A DNA stretch of 64,000 nt from assembly GCF_001194135.2 (NCBI RefSeq), contig NC_068990.1:38128022-38192021 (forward strand). Reading direction: 5' to 3'. A model generated the notes under the pieces. That model was not told where the DNA came from and searched no databases. It worked only from the letters and a program-made list of their open reading frames with translations. Every line of letters starts with the position of its first letter. Positions within the stretch are counted from its first letter, which is position 1. Origin of the DNA: Octopus bimaculoides (Eukaryota). The translations under genes were made by a program, and so were the position numbers. This document shows, in pieces, positions 25,715-39,497 of this stretch.

Positions 25715-25872
25715 ACTGTCATGTCTGTGTATACGCATACATACTTAAATACATACACACACACGCACGCGCGCGCGCACACACACATATATAAATATAC
25801 ATATACATGCATGCATACATACATGCATACATAGATACATAGATAGATAGATAGATACTTGCATATATACAT

Positions 25873-25955
<83 letters not shown>

Positions 25956-25995
25956 CATATATGTATATATGCATGCATATGTGTATATATATATG

Positions 25996-26065
<70 letters not shown>
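25715..26065. repeat. Compound CA/TA/TACA/TAGA microsatellite
   Basis: Read directly. Confidence 0.95.
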
Positions 26066-26066
<1 letters not shown>

Positions 26067-28143
26067 CTACATTATCCCTGTCTATTTCTCTTATTAACAA
26101 ACACGGCAGAGTATGTTTTGAGAAGATTCCTTAGTTATTTCAAGATGATCAAATGGCTACATACAACCGCCCTCGTTGTCACGTGTCCTGTATTTCTGTG
26201 TATAGAGATAATGCTGAAATACATTTAAACATTTTGTATCAGTTGACAGCAAATTATCATCAACATTTAATACCATTAAGACATTTTATTTCACCATTAA
26301 TTCAGACATTATATATCTGTATTCTTACTATTTCGTTGTGGTTTTACAATTACTAAAAACTCGTTATGAAGCAAAGAAAAAAGAGAAAAATATGAATAAA
26401 TGACTTCATAGACATTTCTAAACATCTATGAAAACAAAAGCAAGAAAATATAATACTGAAATATATTAAAAGTAAAAAGAAATAATCAAGTAAAACAAGT
26501 GAAAAAGCTGAAGAGAACTTAATTCTTTAAGAATATAATTAGATATTTTAAAAGCCATTCTGGTCATTTCCATTTTAAATGATGTGTCCCAGTGTCAGAA
26601 TATTGGCAAACCAATTAAAGAAAAGCATAAATAACAGCTCAAGGGAGTTTCATTGTTCTTACTGTTTGAAAGTTATGGTTTTTCATTATATACATACATA
26701 CACATGCACACCCACATACTCGCACACACGCATACACACTTATATACATACATAAATATGCTAAACACATAGAAATATATACTCGTATATAGTATCGTCT
26801 TGTTATTATTTTAGCATTCATTTAATTTAGTGTCACTTATATGGAAATGTCACTTTTCTCAATCTTTCTCTGTTTCATTCTTAAACTTACTATCATGTAT
26901 ACATATAAACGCTCACGTATATATACACGCATGCATATACAGCCACTCTCTCTCTCTCTCTCTCTCTCGCTATCTTTTCCTCTTTGTCTCCTTGCATCTT
27001 TGAGTCCACCGTTTTTATTTTACATTGCTCTCTCTGGGTCGTACATACTCTCTCTCTCTAAACTTCTTTCTCTCGCTCCGTTTCTCTCTCTCTTCGTCTC
27101 CCTCTCCACTTCTTTCTCACTTTTTCGCTTTCTTACTTTCTATTTATATTATGGTTTTTCAGTTGTATTTAATTTCTTTTTTCTCTCCATTTCTCTCCAT
27201 GTCTCAGTTGGTCTGTCTGTGTCTCCTCCTTACTTTTCATCACTCGCCCGCTTTTCTCTTTCTCTTACATTAAAACCTCGGTTGAAGAAACTTCATTTGT
27301 TTCTCGATATATTACTTTTTAAATATGTTTCCTCTTATTCCTCTGTCTTAATGCTTTTTTTGTTTTTAAGTACGATTTTCAATACTGAAACCAACAAGTA
27401 ACATTATTGGCATTGTTCAATTCCACTAGGAATTCAAGAGAAAATACGAAAATAAATTAAACTTTAAAAAATACGCTAAAACAGCGACAAAAAGCAAAAC
27501 ATTACAATAGAAATAAATGAAAAATAATCTTTGAAGTTCTTTGACGAAATATTTTTCAATATATTTAAAGACTTTGTACTTGGCAATATTGAATATAGGA
27601 ATCTAGTAAACTAGTTTTAACATAGAACATGATTATCATTATTATAATTAATCTTACTCAAGTTTTATCATTGTCATATCAAAAATAAAAAAACAACAAC
27701 AATTATTATTTTGTATTTATTCTTATTGCTATTATCAATATTAGTATTAAAATTATTATTACACTTATTATTATTAGTATTATCATTAATGTTCTGTGTT
27801 GGTATTAGTATTATTAATTTATGTTATGGCCCATTTCTTTCTTCCTGTCTCACATATATTACCATTTTATTTTCGTCGATGTCAATTCGAATTTGAGTTT
27901 TAGATAATTTCTTTGAAACTAATTTTTTAATTTTTTTTTATTTATTTTTATGACATGTTCATTTTTGTCATTACAATTATTATTATTATTTCAAAATTAA
28001 TGTCTCTGAATATTTTTAACATTTCACTTTGATGATATTTATTACTTATAAAAATCCGTTCATTCATAAATACATATAATACATCTATTCATTTATCTTA
28101 ATACACATATACATGAAAAAGGTGAGGATATATGTCTATAAAC

Positions 28144-28194
<51 letters not shown>

Positions 28195-29201
28195 CATGTA
28201 TATATGTATGTACATAAACCCTCATGGATATGCATAAATATATTCATACAATAGTTAGTGATAATATTTCAACAAAATACTTCCACCATTCTTTCCCTTT
28301 CAGTTGCCCATTTCCTTAATTTTTTTTTTGTTCTACGCACGAAAATAATCATTTATTTTTAAACACGATATAATAATAGTTTTAAACTGAAATATTGCTG
28401 CAGAAGAAGCCGCAAAATATAGATATTAATTCATTTCTCTTAATCTGTGTTTTACCAATTGGGAATATTGGACCTACAGCAGTGGAGATATATAATTGCT
28501 TTGGTGTCCCTTAGATGTGCATTTCCTAGGAACCATTTGCCGGTTAATTATTACTTCTTTATAATCTGCTGATAAAGAGAAAGAATGAGAGAGTGTGTGT
28601 AAAAGAGAGAAGAGGAATGAGAGAAAGAGAGAGAAATGGCAAGAGACTAATGTACGAAAGTTGAAGGTAGCGGAAGAGTATAAAAGTGAGAGGTAGTGGA
28701 GGGAGGCAAATGATAGAGCTACATGTAAATTTGATACTCGATCAAATCACAGGTTTCTTGATGTGTTTTTACTAAAAATGAATAACAAAAATACGAAATG
28801 ACTCCTTCAAATGATTCAATATACCCACTTATAATAACATACCTGATGGCGTCACATTTGATTACTAAAATACCTACGTAATCTCATTAAATCTTAATTC
28901 ACTCTACTTCTTAGTCGAAATCTGGTCTTTTTCTCAGTTCTTTCTACTGGTTACATTGGAAAGAGAACAGGAATCGTCATACAATAGTCTTGTATAATAC
29001 GGTCTATACAGAGGCGATTCTAAGTGGAATATGAGTACAGAACATCGTCTAACTTTAATAATGTACATATCTATGCTACAGTTAATAAGCTAAAATGTCG
29101 AAGAAGTATCTGTACAATACCTTAATGCTGGTGTTGATGGCTGTCCTGTAGATTTAGAGGGAAATACCTCTCTAAGTGTATCTTTGACAGAAGTGAATAT
29201 A

Positions 29202-29417
29202 CGAGTGGGTGCTAAAAAGTTCCTGGCTTTGAATAACAGAAAATACGGGAGGATCCGTCAATTATGATTATATTCAACATACTCAGCACTCATGTTCATA
29301 CTTATTGCAGCGGTCTTTCAGCTTTTGCTAAGCTTTGTAAAACAAATCGGAAGGTTGGGCTTCTAACCAGACCTTTCACAATGCCCTTAGAGCCAGGAAA
29401 TTTTCAGCACCCATTCG
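29202..29417 (-). mobile_element. 216-bp mariner MITE with both TIRs and TA target duplication
   Basis: TA|cgagtgggtgctaaaaagttcctggc ... gccaggaaattttcagcacccattcg|TA. The interior is the transposase 3' end (KLKDRCNKY..SAEYVE). Confidence 0.93.
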
Positions 29418-30929
29418 TATACCACAGAGATGAATACTGTTATTTGCATTAGCGTAGGCCATTACACTATTGTCCCAGCCCTTCCGTATGAGAGAGAAAG
29501 ACGTGGAAGATTTGACAGTGAACTCTTATCAAAAGGAAGAAACGGGGGTAAGTGGTTGTGGGTATGTGAAAAGGAAGAGAAAATCCCCAAATGTAGAGAA
29601 CGACTGTTAAGGAGGAAGTGTAATAAAGGGATAGACAGTCAATTACATAGATTTAACTGATTCGAATAGCGCATTATGATATATGATAATATGAAAGAGT
29701 TTTGTAATAACGATGTCAGCAGAGGTTAATTACGTCAGAAAAAAAAAACATTAAAGAATAGGCCTTCGTTCTCACATAATATTTGAGTGATTCATAGCAG
29801 CATAAATCACATGGTAGTACAATTCCCATATACGGTGTTCCAGAATCGATTATAGACACGGAAATGTTGTAAAGAACACCTTAAGCTTCCAGGTGGTAGA
29901 GATAAGTGACCAGAAAAGGAGATAGTTTATTGCTAGTATTGGAGAAAGAGATAAAATGTGCTAGGAATCGGTACTTAAAATCGATCGTTGACCCAATGTA
30001 AATCCTAGTGCAGTGAGCATGTATTGTGGTAGCAATACAATGGACCTTCCAGAGAAATTAATAGGAGGTCTACGCTTGTCATTCTTAGGTCATGCTACCC
30101 GCAGTGCACATCTGTCACGTGTAGATCGATATAGGTATCACTATTATTAGTCTTATCATTAATACTATCAACTACGCCATTGTCATTATAAGCATTATAG
30201 TTTTTTTTATTAAAGCCGCTTGGATAGCTGACAATATTATAGTTGTGGTCATAATTATTGCTACGATTATAGGCATTCATGTGAAATTCACAACTATTAG
30301 TATTATATTATTATACTTAACATAAACGTGAATGCTGTTTGTTACGTTATCCGAGAGAAAAGCGATATCGGTAGAGGGTCATGTGACCATGTTTGTTACT
30401 GTGGTCCCCGACTATAATCATTGCTTTCGCAGCTTGTAGTAGCCTGATTAGGATAATTCACATTATAATCAGCTTTATTAATTGTACTGGTATCTGTTTT
30501 ATTGTCGTTGCTTTAATGGAGTACCCATTATGTGTGCAACTGCTGTCAGTATTATTATTATACTCACTACTGTAACTATTAGTATTGTTATAAACAGTAC
30601 CAGTGTTATTAATGTTATTAATATATTTCACATTTTCCGTTGTACTTTTATATTCATTTTTGGCTAAATTGGTGTTGCTGTTCCCATAACTATTTTAGTG
30701 ATCCATATTATTTATTGGATTGTTACTGAGGTTATTGTTTCGCTTATAAAAGATATTAATGCTATTGGTTATTGATATGAGAGCAGTTATGAGTAACCTC
30801 ATTATTGTTATAAATATACTGGATGTCGTAACGGGAACTATCAGCCTTAGTTGTAGAGATTTCAACTTTCGTTTTTTTTATGCAGAAATTTCAAATCGGT
30901 GGTTAGGTGGGGTGGAATAAGAGAGTTTG

Positions 30930-31470
30930 ATTGTATTCATATTGAGGTAGGAAGTTTCATGTGAGAACGTCAAGGAAGAGTTTAGCTGGAGCTTTATGTT
31001 GCGAACCATAGAACTTCATACCTCATATTTTTCACATGCTCTCTGTTACATATTGAGAGAGATTTATTTAGAATGATAAAAATGTGCGCTTCCTAGACAC
31101 GAGCTTTATCTCATAGTAGAAACACAATGTTTACAGGAAGTGGTGACTTGTTTAGTGTTATTCAGTGGCATAGATGGGTTTAAGTTTAGTATTATTGTTA
31201 TGAAGGTTAACATATCTAATCTGATTTTAGTCCTGTGCTGGGAAAGGTAGTTGATTTTCCCCGAGAAGCCACTAGTAAACAGAGTCTGGTTCAGGTAGGG
31301 GGTATGATTAGTGAAAGTGTCCTCGTTAGCAGAGAGGTTGGAGATCTTAATTGAAATACCATTGGCAACACAAGTTAAAACAGACACCGGGTGATTGCAT
31401 TTAACGTTAATGTATTTTAGGGATTCATTAGGTTTGTGGTAGGTGTAGAATAAACCAAAGTCGAGTACAT
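30930..31470 (-). mobile_element. Penelope-like element fragment (RT C-terminus/linker)
   Basis: YTYHKPNESLKYINVKCNHPVSVL...ISIKISNLSANEDTF..PYLNQTLFTSGF matches YxKPNxxxxYIxxxSNHPxxI...RISxLSxxExxF. Further on are LWF and AKLFLD..NF remnants. Confidence 0.85.
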
Positions 31471-31637
31471 ACATACATATAATATCAATGTTCTTGTTAT
31501 AATAAAAATAATTTTACATTAAACTCAAGGATTACTCAATACATTTGTTTGAGTACACATTTATTATTCTTATTGTTTAAGAATAATAGAATCCACAGTA
31601 ACTTAAAAGTTTGGGCCAAATAAGTCATCATCGGGCA

Positions 31638-31713
<76 letters not shown>

Positions 31714-32139
31714 TCATATATATATATATATATATACTTACCTGTATGCGTCTTCATATATCTGTGTTTAGATATATGTACTTATATGCGTGTGCGTATA
31801 TGTAAATCAGTTTTCAGTTGACTGCATTTTCTTCTCATCTGACAAAAGGATAAGAACTTAAATAAAAGTGATGCTTTTTTTTTTATTGGTATTGATTCTG
31901 TTTCCAAAAGCAGAAATTCCTTTATGGTCAATAATAGCTTCAGTTAGTCATTGAAAGCGCATCCTCAATGTATTAGGGCGAAATAACATCCGGTGGTTAG
32001 AGCGGTTATTTGTACGTGGTCTTGCTTACTTGGTAAGTCTTAACACGTATTAGCTGCTTAAATTCTGTAGCAATAAAGCAAGATCTAATGAAACTTGCTC
32101 CCGTAATGCTGTATTGTAATAAGCTCACTCCCATCTATG

Positions 32140-32250
32140 TCGTTCGGAGTTCAAATCCCTTCAACACCTCACTGCGTTAGTTTTGCTATGAACTCGTCTC
32201 GATCAAAAATCTTGTAAGGGAAACTGGATTGAAGGAAATTGTGTGAAGCC
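32140..32250 (+). mobile_element. Highly degraded type-A SINE head/core
   Basis: ggagttcaaatccc B-box-like motif, then gatcaaaaatcttgtaagggaaactggattgaaggaaattgtgtgaagcc resembling the SINE core. Confidence 0.4.
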
Positions 32251-33488
32251 TATGGCAGTAGATGAAAGTTGAAATGAATTGTAATATGAAGTGCACATCA
32301 TTTGTCAACTGAAATACAATTATTGATATTCTTTGAACAAATCCAAGGCTGACAATCTGGAAGACAGAACAGAATCGATTACAAAACGTTCATATAATTA
32401 TGGAGGAACTTACATTTTCATTTCAAATCGTATCAACTTTAATTTTCTGATGGACTTAGAGCGTAAAAAGGAATTGATATGCTTTCGTCTTGGAATCTAA
32501 TTCATATCACAGACTCCGAACTTTGCAAGCTGAAATATTCTTGATGATTTGTGAAAATGGAATCTAATTGTCAAAAAAAAAAAAAAAAAAAAATGTCAAA
32601 TTAAATTGAAGAGTTATTTGAGAAATATAAAAATAAATATAATCATAAATATTGGTCATAAAACAAAAGCATTAATATAGTCTCGAAAAGAAATATATTT
32701 ATAAAATATACGCACAAGATGGAAAACAGAAATTTATTACATTTTTTTTTTCTTGCATACGTAATATTAGATTCCTTAGTCTAATTTTTTTCTTAAAACA
32801 ATATTCAATATTTTATATGCAGCTACTCGCTCCAAAAATTGCAGATGTTTATTTATCTTTAATCCCCGCTTTCTCATTTTAAATATAAAAATTCAGAACA
32901 AAATACGAAATAAAAAATTATTTATTAGACAGTAAATCAAAATTAGATACTTTTTTTTTTCTATTACGCTTATTGTTTATCTTTCCAACTTTTTGTTTTG
33001 ATAAATTGTTTCATTTTTAATGTCATCTTGTTTGTTTACTGTTTTAATAAGGCGCAACAAATAGCTCCACAGTGTAATAGATAAACAAAAACTGCATGAT
33101 ATTTGATATAAAAATATTAAAAACATATTAAAAATATTTCTATGATCTAATAAAATTCACACAAAAAAAAATACCATTCAATAAAAATTAAAATGGCTAT
33201 TGCAGCCACAACAAAAAAACAGCAAAAACATAATCAATTAATTGCTCCAATAACAACGTTGTAGATGGAGGCGGATAAAATGTAAACGTGATAAAATGAA
33301 GACAAAAATGAAGAGAGAAAAAAAAATTGAACAAGTTAAATGAAATAAAATTAAATGTATAGAAATAAAAATCTGTTGACTAGCTAAATGTAAATAAGAG
33401 TATGAAATAGCTAATTTCAATCATTTTTATTTTCATTGCTATTTAATTTTCTGTATTAACAATTTTTATTCTGTGTGTATGTGCATGA

Positions 33489-33561
<73 letters not shown>

Positions 33562-34174
33562 GTATATGCGACCCTCTACTTCGTTTCCAAGTAAGTTTAT
33601 ATATATACATATGTACATATTCAAACATTTCTCTCTCCTTCTTTGTGTACATACATACATACATACATACATACATACATACATACATACATACGTATAT
33701 ACATGCATGATTATAGTTATGAAATATTTTTCCTATAGGCGCAGTAGTAGCTGTGTGTCTCTCAAAGAAAGTTGAAAAAAGAGGTTCGTGAATGCGCCGC
33801 ATGTGTGTGTATGTATATGTGCTGGCATATATATTTATACGCGCATCTCTCCATTTCACCGTTCCCTCCCTCTCTCACTCTTCCTCCTTGACTCTCTCGT
33901 CGCTGACACGTGATGAACGGGATCTATCTCTCTGTCCATTTCCTTCCTAGAGAAAAGACGTGCCTCGCCTGTCTTCTCTCATCGCTCGTCCTCCTTGCGT
34001 TCATAATAATTTTTCACATCGTTTTGGCTCAACAGCCCTCACCGTTTGTTTTTACTGTCTTGTTATCACTGTCCTGTTCTTGTTAACACTTTCGCCTTCC
34101 GCAAAAAATCCGAAATTTTATTTAATTTGCTTTGCGGAAAGGACTGTTTCAACGAAGTCGTGTATTGTCCTTAC

Positions 34175-34352
34175 TTTCAAAACGCGGAGTAGATGAAACA
34201 GAGACAACTGAAGAAGGTGTATATTCTTTATGTTGCATTCTCGTTTCTCTGTTTTTTCGTTGTTTGAAAAAAGTTCGTTTGCTATGTTTTCGTTTCTCAT
34301 TGTGTTTAACGTTTTCTGATGTCCTGTACCCATATATGGTATCATTCAAAAG
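34175..34352 (-). CDS. Candidate exon, unidentified; acceptor ambiguous
   Basis: Donor aaa|gtaagg at 34174. The acceptor gcattgttttag| gives LLNDTIYGY...SSTPRFE (phase 0-1). The weaker tacag| at 34323 gives HQKTLNTMRNENIANELF...LFHLLRVLK (phase 1-0). A-rich sequence keeps two frames open. Confidence 0.2.
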
Positions 34353-34574
34353 CTAAAACAATGCAAAGCGCATCGTGACCAGCGATGTATAACAACATCC
34401 GATAGTCTGGTCGATCACTCGGTATACGTAGGTATCTATGTATGTGTATGTGTGTGTCTGTGTGTCTGTGTGTGTGTGTACAGGAAAAAGTAAGATAAAT
34501 ACATTCTTATATTATTAGTTCCTACGTACGTTTCGCCATTATGGTTATTTGGAACCCTGCAATGGGTATTTCAA

Positions 34575-34760
34575 GAGCATTTTTATGCTTAATCAGCACG
34601 TCCGTTTTATGTTTTGTGTTCAAATTCTGTTGAGATAGATTTGCCTTTCATCATTTTGGGGTGGATAAAATAAGTATCAGTTGATCACTCGAGTAGATGT
34701 AATCGATTAACTCTTTTTCTCCGAAATTGCTGGTCTTGAACCAAAATTTGAAAGGAATAT
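34575..34760 (+). mobile_element. Octopod tRNA-SINE (type B), 5'-truncated or diverged
   Basis: gttcaaattctg..gatttgcctttcatc..gataaaataagtatcagttgatcact..gatgtaatcgatt..gaaattgctggtcttgaaccaaaatttgaaa; homologous to 38267-38486. Confidence 0.85.
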
Positions 34761-34862
34761 GATAGCATGTGACATTTCTCCGACCGGTTGTATATTCAGT
34801 ACTTCGTTGTGTCTCGGTCATCGACCTCGCTACTGCTTTCATACTCTCTTTACGTCTACTTA

Positions 34863-35720
34863 CGAGGTGGTATAAAAAAGTTCCAGGAATTGTTATGTTT
34901 AATACAAAATAGTTTATATACCTAAGTTTTAACATCCTCTCCTTCGAAATAGTAATCTTGTGCAGTTCCAGCATTCCTGCCACCTTTGCAATCCAGCCTG
35001 GAAGTCGTTTTCCGTAAGCGAACCGAGGACCTTCTGTGAATCGCTTTGGATCTCGACAACGTGCTGAAACGTTGACTTTGGACCAACATTTTCATCTTGG
35101 GGGAGTGTTCGAACTCCGCAGGTGCTAAATATGACGAACAAGCGAATACACAGGTGCAGAAACGATACTATGTTGCTTATGGTGAGAAACTCACGACTGA
35201 TGAGAACTTGTTGATGGGGTGCATTGTTGTCGTGAAGAATCCACTTCTTCGCGCTCCACAGATCCGGTCATTTTCGCCGAATGTCCTCCCTTAAACGCTT
35301 CAAAACATCGCAGTAGAACTCTCGATTAATCTTCTAACCTTGGGGGACGAATTCTCGATGCCCAATGCTACATTTCCGGGGATGACGCTCGTGGTAGGTC
35401 TTCCAGATCGCTCATCGTCTCCCAGAGGCTTTCTTCCGCTTTTGAAGCGAACGTTCCACTCGGGAATCTGCGTACAACCCATTTCTTCCTCGTCGTAAGT
35501 TTGTTGAAGCATGCTCAATGACTTTGTAGCCCCGAGTTTAATGCAAAATTTTAAAAAATCACTAGAGATACGCGTGATCACAAAAGCACACATTTTAAAA
35601 ATTGCGAATTAAGCACGGCAATGTCCTTCGGCACACTATCTCATGAAGATCACTGTTATCTCTCACTGCCAATGCAACCGTGTACTGTCAGGTTTTCGGG
35701 AACATTTTCAATGAACACTG
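34863..35720 (-). mobile_element. Internally deleted mariner element
   Basis: TA|cgaggtggtataaaaaagttccagg TIR and a degraded opposite TIR. LKFCIKLG...RFKSGRKPLGDDERSGRPTTS is fused to HREFVPQG*KINREFYCDVLKRLREDIRRK*PDLW...WILHDNNAP. Confidence 0.92.
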
Positions 35721-35994
35721 TAAACGTCGTCTACGCTATAAGCATTTGCTTCTTGGAAACGCAACTATGTCTAATGTATAATGTTGATTCCATACTCCTT
35801 CACTTTCAACTTGCCTCATTCACACTCATTTGCAACATCCTATCCTAATCTTTGAGTTTACAAACGCTTTTATTTTTCCTGCATATGTCCTCAGTCGAAA
35901 GACAACTGTTGTTATATTCTTGTTTGTATTTGTAATTGTGTACCATGTTTTCTGTCTTTTGTTTGTGTTGTCATACACTTTTGCTAGCTTTCTT

Positions 35995-36190
35995 ACAAAA
36001 ATCTAATGCTCTTAGCTTGGACTTTTTTGGGAGACAACAGTCTCAAGTTTAACTGCCCGAAACTGTAAGGACATCTGGTAAGTTGACTGACGAAAGAAGG
36101 CCACGAATGACCAGTCCTTTGTCTCCTATCCCTCTAATTGTTGTTTTTCCTGTTTGCCTTTGTAACGTCTATCTTTCCGGATGTCTATTG
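35995..36190 (+). mobile_element. Probable Penelope-like terminal repeat remnant
   Basis: aaaatctaatgctcttagctt...tctcaagtttaactgcccgaaactgtaagg...gactgacgaaag...gaatgaccagtcc; carries hammerhead-like pieces. The family call is from pattern recognition only. Confidence 0.4.
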
Positions 36191-36264
36191 TCGTTTATTG
36201 CATTTTTGTTCCATTATATATACATGAACACATAATGCTTATATGTGTATACGCTCGCATATAC

Positions 36265-36295
<31 letters not shown>

Positions 36296-36555
36296 TGCAC
36301 ACATGCATATATAATACCTACACACACACACACACACACACATACCACACACAATTGGTGAGAAATAAAGCAAAGCCAAATACAGAGTGATAAATTCGTA
36401 GCAAAACATTTTATTCTGCAAAAGTATAAGCTTGCAAAAACTGTATTATTTAAAGATGTTTCGTAGTAAGAAAAACTGAATTTAAGAAACCAATGCATCC
36501 ATTCATACAATCCTGCATACATACGTACATAATACATACACACACACACACACAG

Positions 36556-36587
<32 letters not shown>

Positions 36588-37902
36588 GTATGTATATATA
36601 TATATATATATGTATATATAAACATATATATACACATATATGTATATATATACATGCACACATACACGCACATACGCAAATGAAATAAATAGTAAACATG
36701 ATAATACCTCCCTTCTCAACTGCCCACAACAAAAGCCTGTCCCCCCCCCCCCNNNNNNNNNNNNNNNNNNNNNNNNNNNNNNNNNNNNNNNNNNCGCACA
36801 TACTCGCTCATGAGGAGAGGAAAGAAAACCACCATCCAGCCAACACCACACGGCCATTCTTCGAACCATTTGAAAAGATTTATACCTCCTACCTGACAGA
36901 TGAAATAAATATAAACAAACACGTCCCTCCCACGACACCCAGCAGACACATTCTCTGACCACACCTTCTGTTACCTTCACCCTACTCCCAACCAAAATTG
37001 ATTAAATTATGGTCTGTTTCCATTCAATACATCAACTACAATTCAAAAATATTTAGTGTCTTTCCTTAGATTATTACTTTGGGGTTGTTTTATCTTATTA
37101 TTGTTTATTTAGAGATTTTATTTCTCATGTTCTTGTTATGTTATTTTTATGTTCTTCTTAAGCTGTTATATTTTTGTTACCATTTCTCTTATCCAAGTAC
37201 TTTTATTATTCTAGTTTTATGTTTCTTTATTTGTTATGTTATGCTATTTGTTTGTTTTTAATTTTATTTAATGCTATTTTTTAATTCATTTCTTCATGGT
37301 GGTATTCTGCGTTTTAGCAGCTAAAAGTTTCAGTTGAAGCGCAGCTAGAACGATATAATACAGTTTAAACCAATACAACTTTATCTACAAAATTTCCAAG
37401 AGTGAATGAGAAAATATAGACAGTCATTTATTTCTAGTTTCAGTAGTTTATGCTTCTGCGAGATGAATGTTCTCCTTCACATGAATAAACTACCAACATA
37501 TTTCAAGCGACATGGCAAAAGCATTTTTAAACATTGCTTCAAAAAAATTAATAAGAAATGTAGATCGTAGACTGTTGACCAACTTTATTTAAGTGATTAT
37601 TGACGTATAAAAGTTACTGGCAAAGTTTGTAAGAAATGTATATAATATCAATGAAGTCTCCTATGAAATCACATGAATTCAAAGAACCTTTGCTCATCTC
37701 CAGTTTACGAACGCTTAAAGATTAATCAATCTCCGCTAGGAGAGGCAACTAACATACTGACATATTGTGGGCAACTTATATTAATGAAAGCAATGAATGT
37801 AGCATTGTCAACAGACAAATCATGTATCAGTTTAGCAAAACAACTGCTGGTTACAGAATTATGACAGTTAATGTCAGAGACCTACACAGTCACTATACTT
37901 AC

Positions 37903-38008
37903 CCGAGAGAATAGCCGAATTTTCTTTAAATCGCAGCTTAATACCTTTAGAGAAGGACACATTATTTAATAGTCTTAGAATTAAATACATTGGAAGGTCA
38001 TTCTTTGT
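37903..38008 (-). CDS. Candidate 106-nt internal exon (phase 0-1), unidentified
   Basis: ttatag| TKNDLPMYLILRLLNNVSFSKGIKLRFKENSAILS(G) |gtaagt; consensus donor, open frame, protein-like composition. Confidence 0.3.
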
Positions 38009-38266
38009 CTATAACTGTCTGAAGTTCAATGCATGTACGTGAATGCGTATTTTTACGTGCTTGCATGTATCTGTATGTTGTATACACATGTTTCTATATG
38101 TGTATGAGCTTTTGGAATAACTTTCAATAAAATTCTACTTCATCAGAACTTAGAACTTATTATACCAGATCTTAGTATTTGCATACAGCTATGTTGATTC
38201 AGTGAGCGCGAAGTTTCTTAGAATCGTCATAATAGTAAACACTCTCCAGTATATAATGTACTACAA

Positions 38267-38486
38267 GGCGGCGAGCTGGCAGAAACGTTAGCACGCCGGG
38301 CAAAATTCTTAGCAATATTTCGTCTGTTTTTGCGTTCTGAGTTGAAATTCAGCCGAGGTCGACTTTGCCTTTTATCCTTTCGGAGTCGATAAATTAAGTA
38401 CCACCAATTGCGTAATGGGGTCGACCTAATAGACTGACCTTCACCCCCAAAATTTCGGGCCTTGTGCCTAGAGTAGAAAAGAATAT
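38267..38486 (+). mobile_element. Near-full octopod tRNA-SINE (type B)
   Basis: ggcggcgagctggcagaaacgttagcacgccgggc head, gttctgagttgaaattc B-box, gccgaggtcgactttgcc, tail ttcgggccttgtgcctagagtagaaaag. Confidence 0.92.
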
Positions 38487-39336
38487 AAAGTACATTTCTT
38501 TGGTGTCAGAGCATCTTCTTCACCTCAAACCAGTGGGACAGTCAAGAAGAGGTATAACAACTAAATCACTCACAAATTACAACCTATCAACTCAAAAGAA
38601 GGCGAACATTTTGTTTAATGTAGTTTTAGATATCCTCTATTTGAGAACAACACAGGTTAACCTCAAATAAAACTGAAACCGTTTCATAAATCCACGCAGT
38701 TGGAGTTCAGCTGGGATAATCGAAGATTTTACCACCCAGACTCCATCTTTATCATATATAGGTGTATGGGAGTGAGTGAGCAAGTGTGTATGTGGGTGTG
38801 TGGGTGTGTGTGTGTGGGTGTGTGTGTGTGTGCACGCCTGTGTGTGTACATGTCTGTGTATCTGTGTATCTGTGTGTGCGTGCGCGCATCTAACATATAT
38901 GAATATAAGATAATAATACAGAAAGAATAAACATCAACAAAGATACACTTTTTAAGAATTTATTTAAAGCAAATTGTGAACTTCAAAAGACTATTTGTAA
39001 GAAAACCGAGGGCAGAAACAATTCAGTCAAGTAAATCAAATAAACTTAAGTGTAATAAACCAAACGGCAGGGAAATGCCAAAGGTTTTTTTTATAAATTT
39101 CGGGGATTTGCGGAAATGTTTGATACCTCGAATTTGCAAATACCTCATTTTACCTTACCAGAAAATATACCTGATCTAAAATCATGAAGTGCATTTGCAA
39201 TTATAATGAGTTTGCAAGAAAGTGGAAAATAGATGCCTCAGTAACATGGCTTAAGGAACCGTAAAACCTCAGCCTTCTGTGACTTGATATTGCTAAAAAT
39301 GTTTTCTTATAATATTCTAGTAAAAGGTAAAAATTT

Positions 39337-39497
39337 GATTATATTGACCCAAGTGTTTGACTGGTATCCTAGTGCATCGTCATCAAAAAGAATAAAAACT
39401 ATTGACCTCGGCAGGATTTGATATCAGAACGTAATATGCATGAAGAAATATAGCAAGGCATTTTATCCAACTCCATAATGACACTGCCAATCCATCG
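39337..39497 (-). mobile_element. Degraded type-B SINE
   Basis: Minus strand gatggattggcagtg...acgttctgatatcaaatcctgccgaggtcaa...taccagtcaaacacttgggtcaatataatc. Confidence 0.7.

Noticed and set aside
29100-29200. Protein-like frame EEVSVQYLNAGVDGCPVDLEGNTSLSVSLTEV
   Set aside because: In-frame stop immediately upstream with no usable acceptor; unrecognised.
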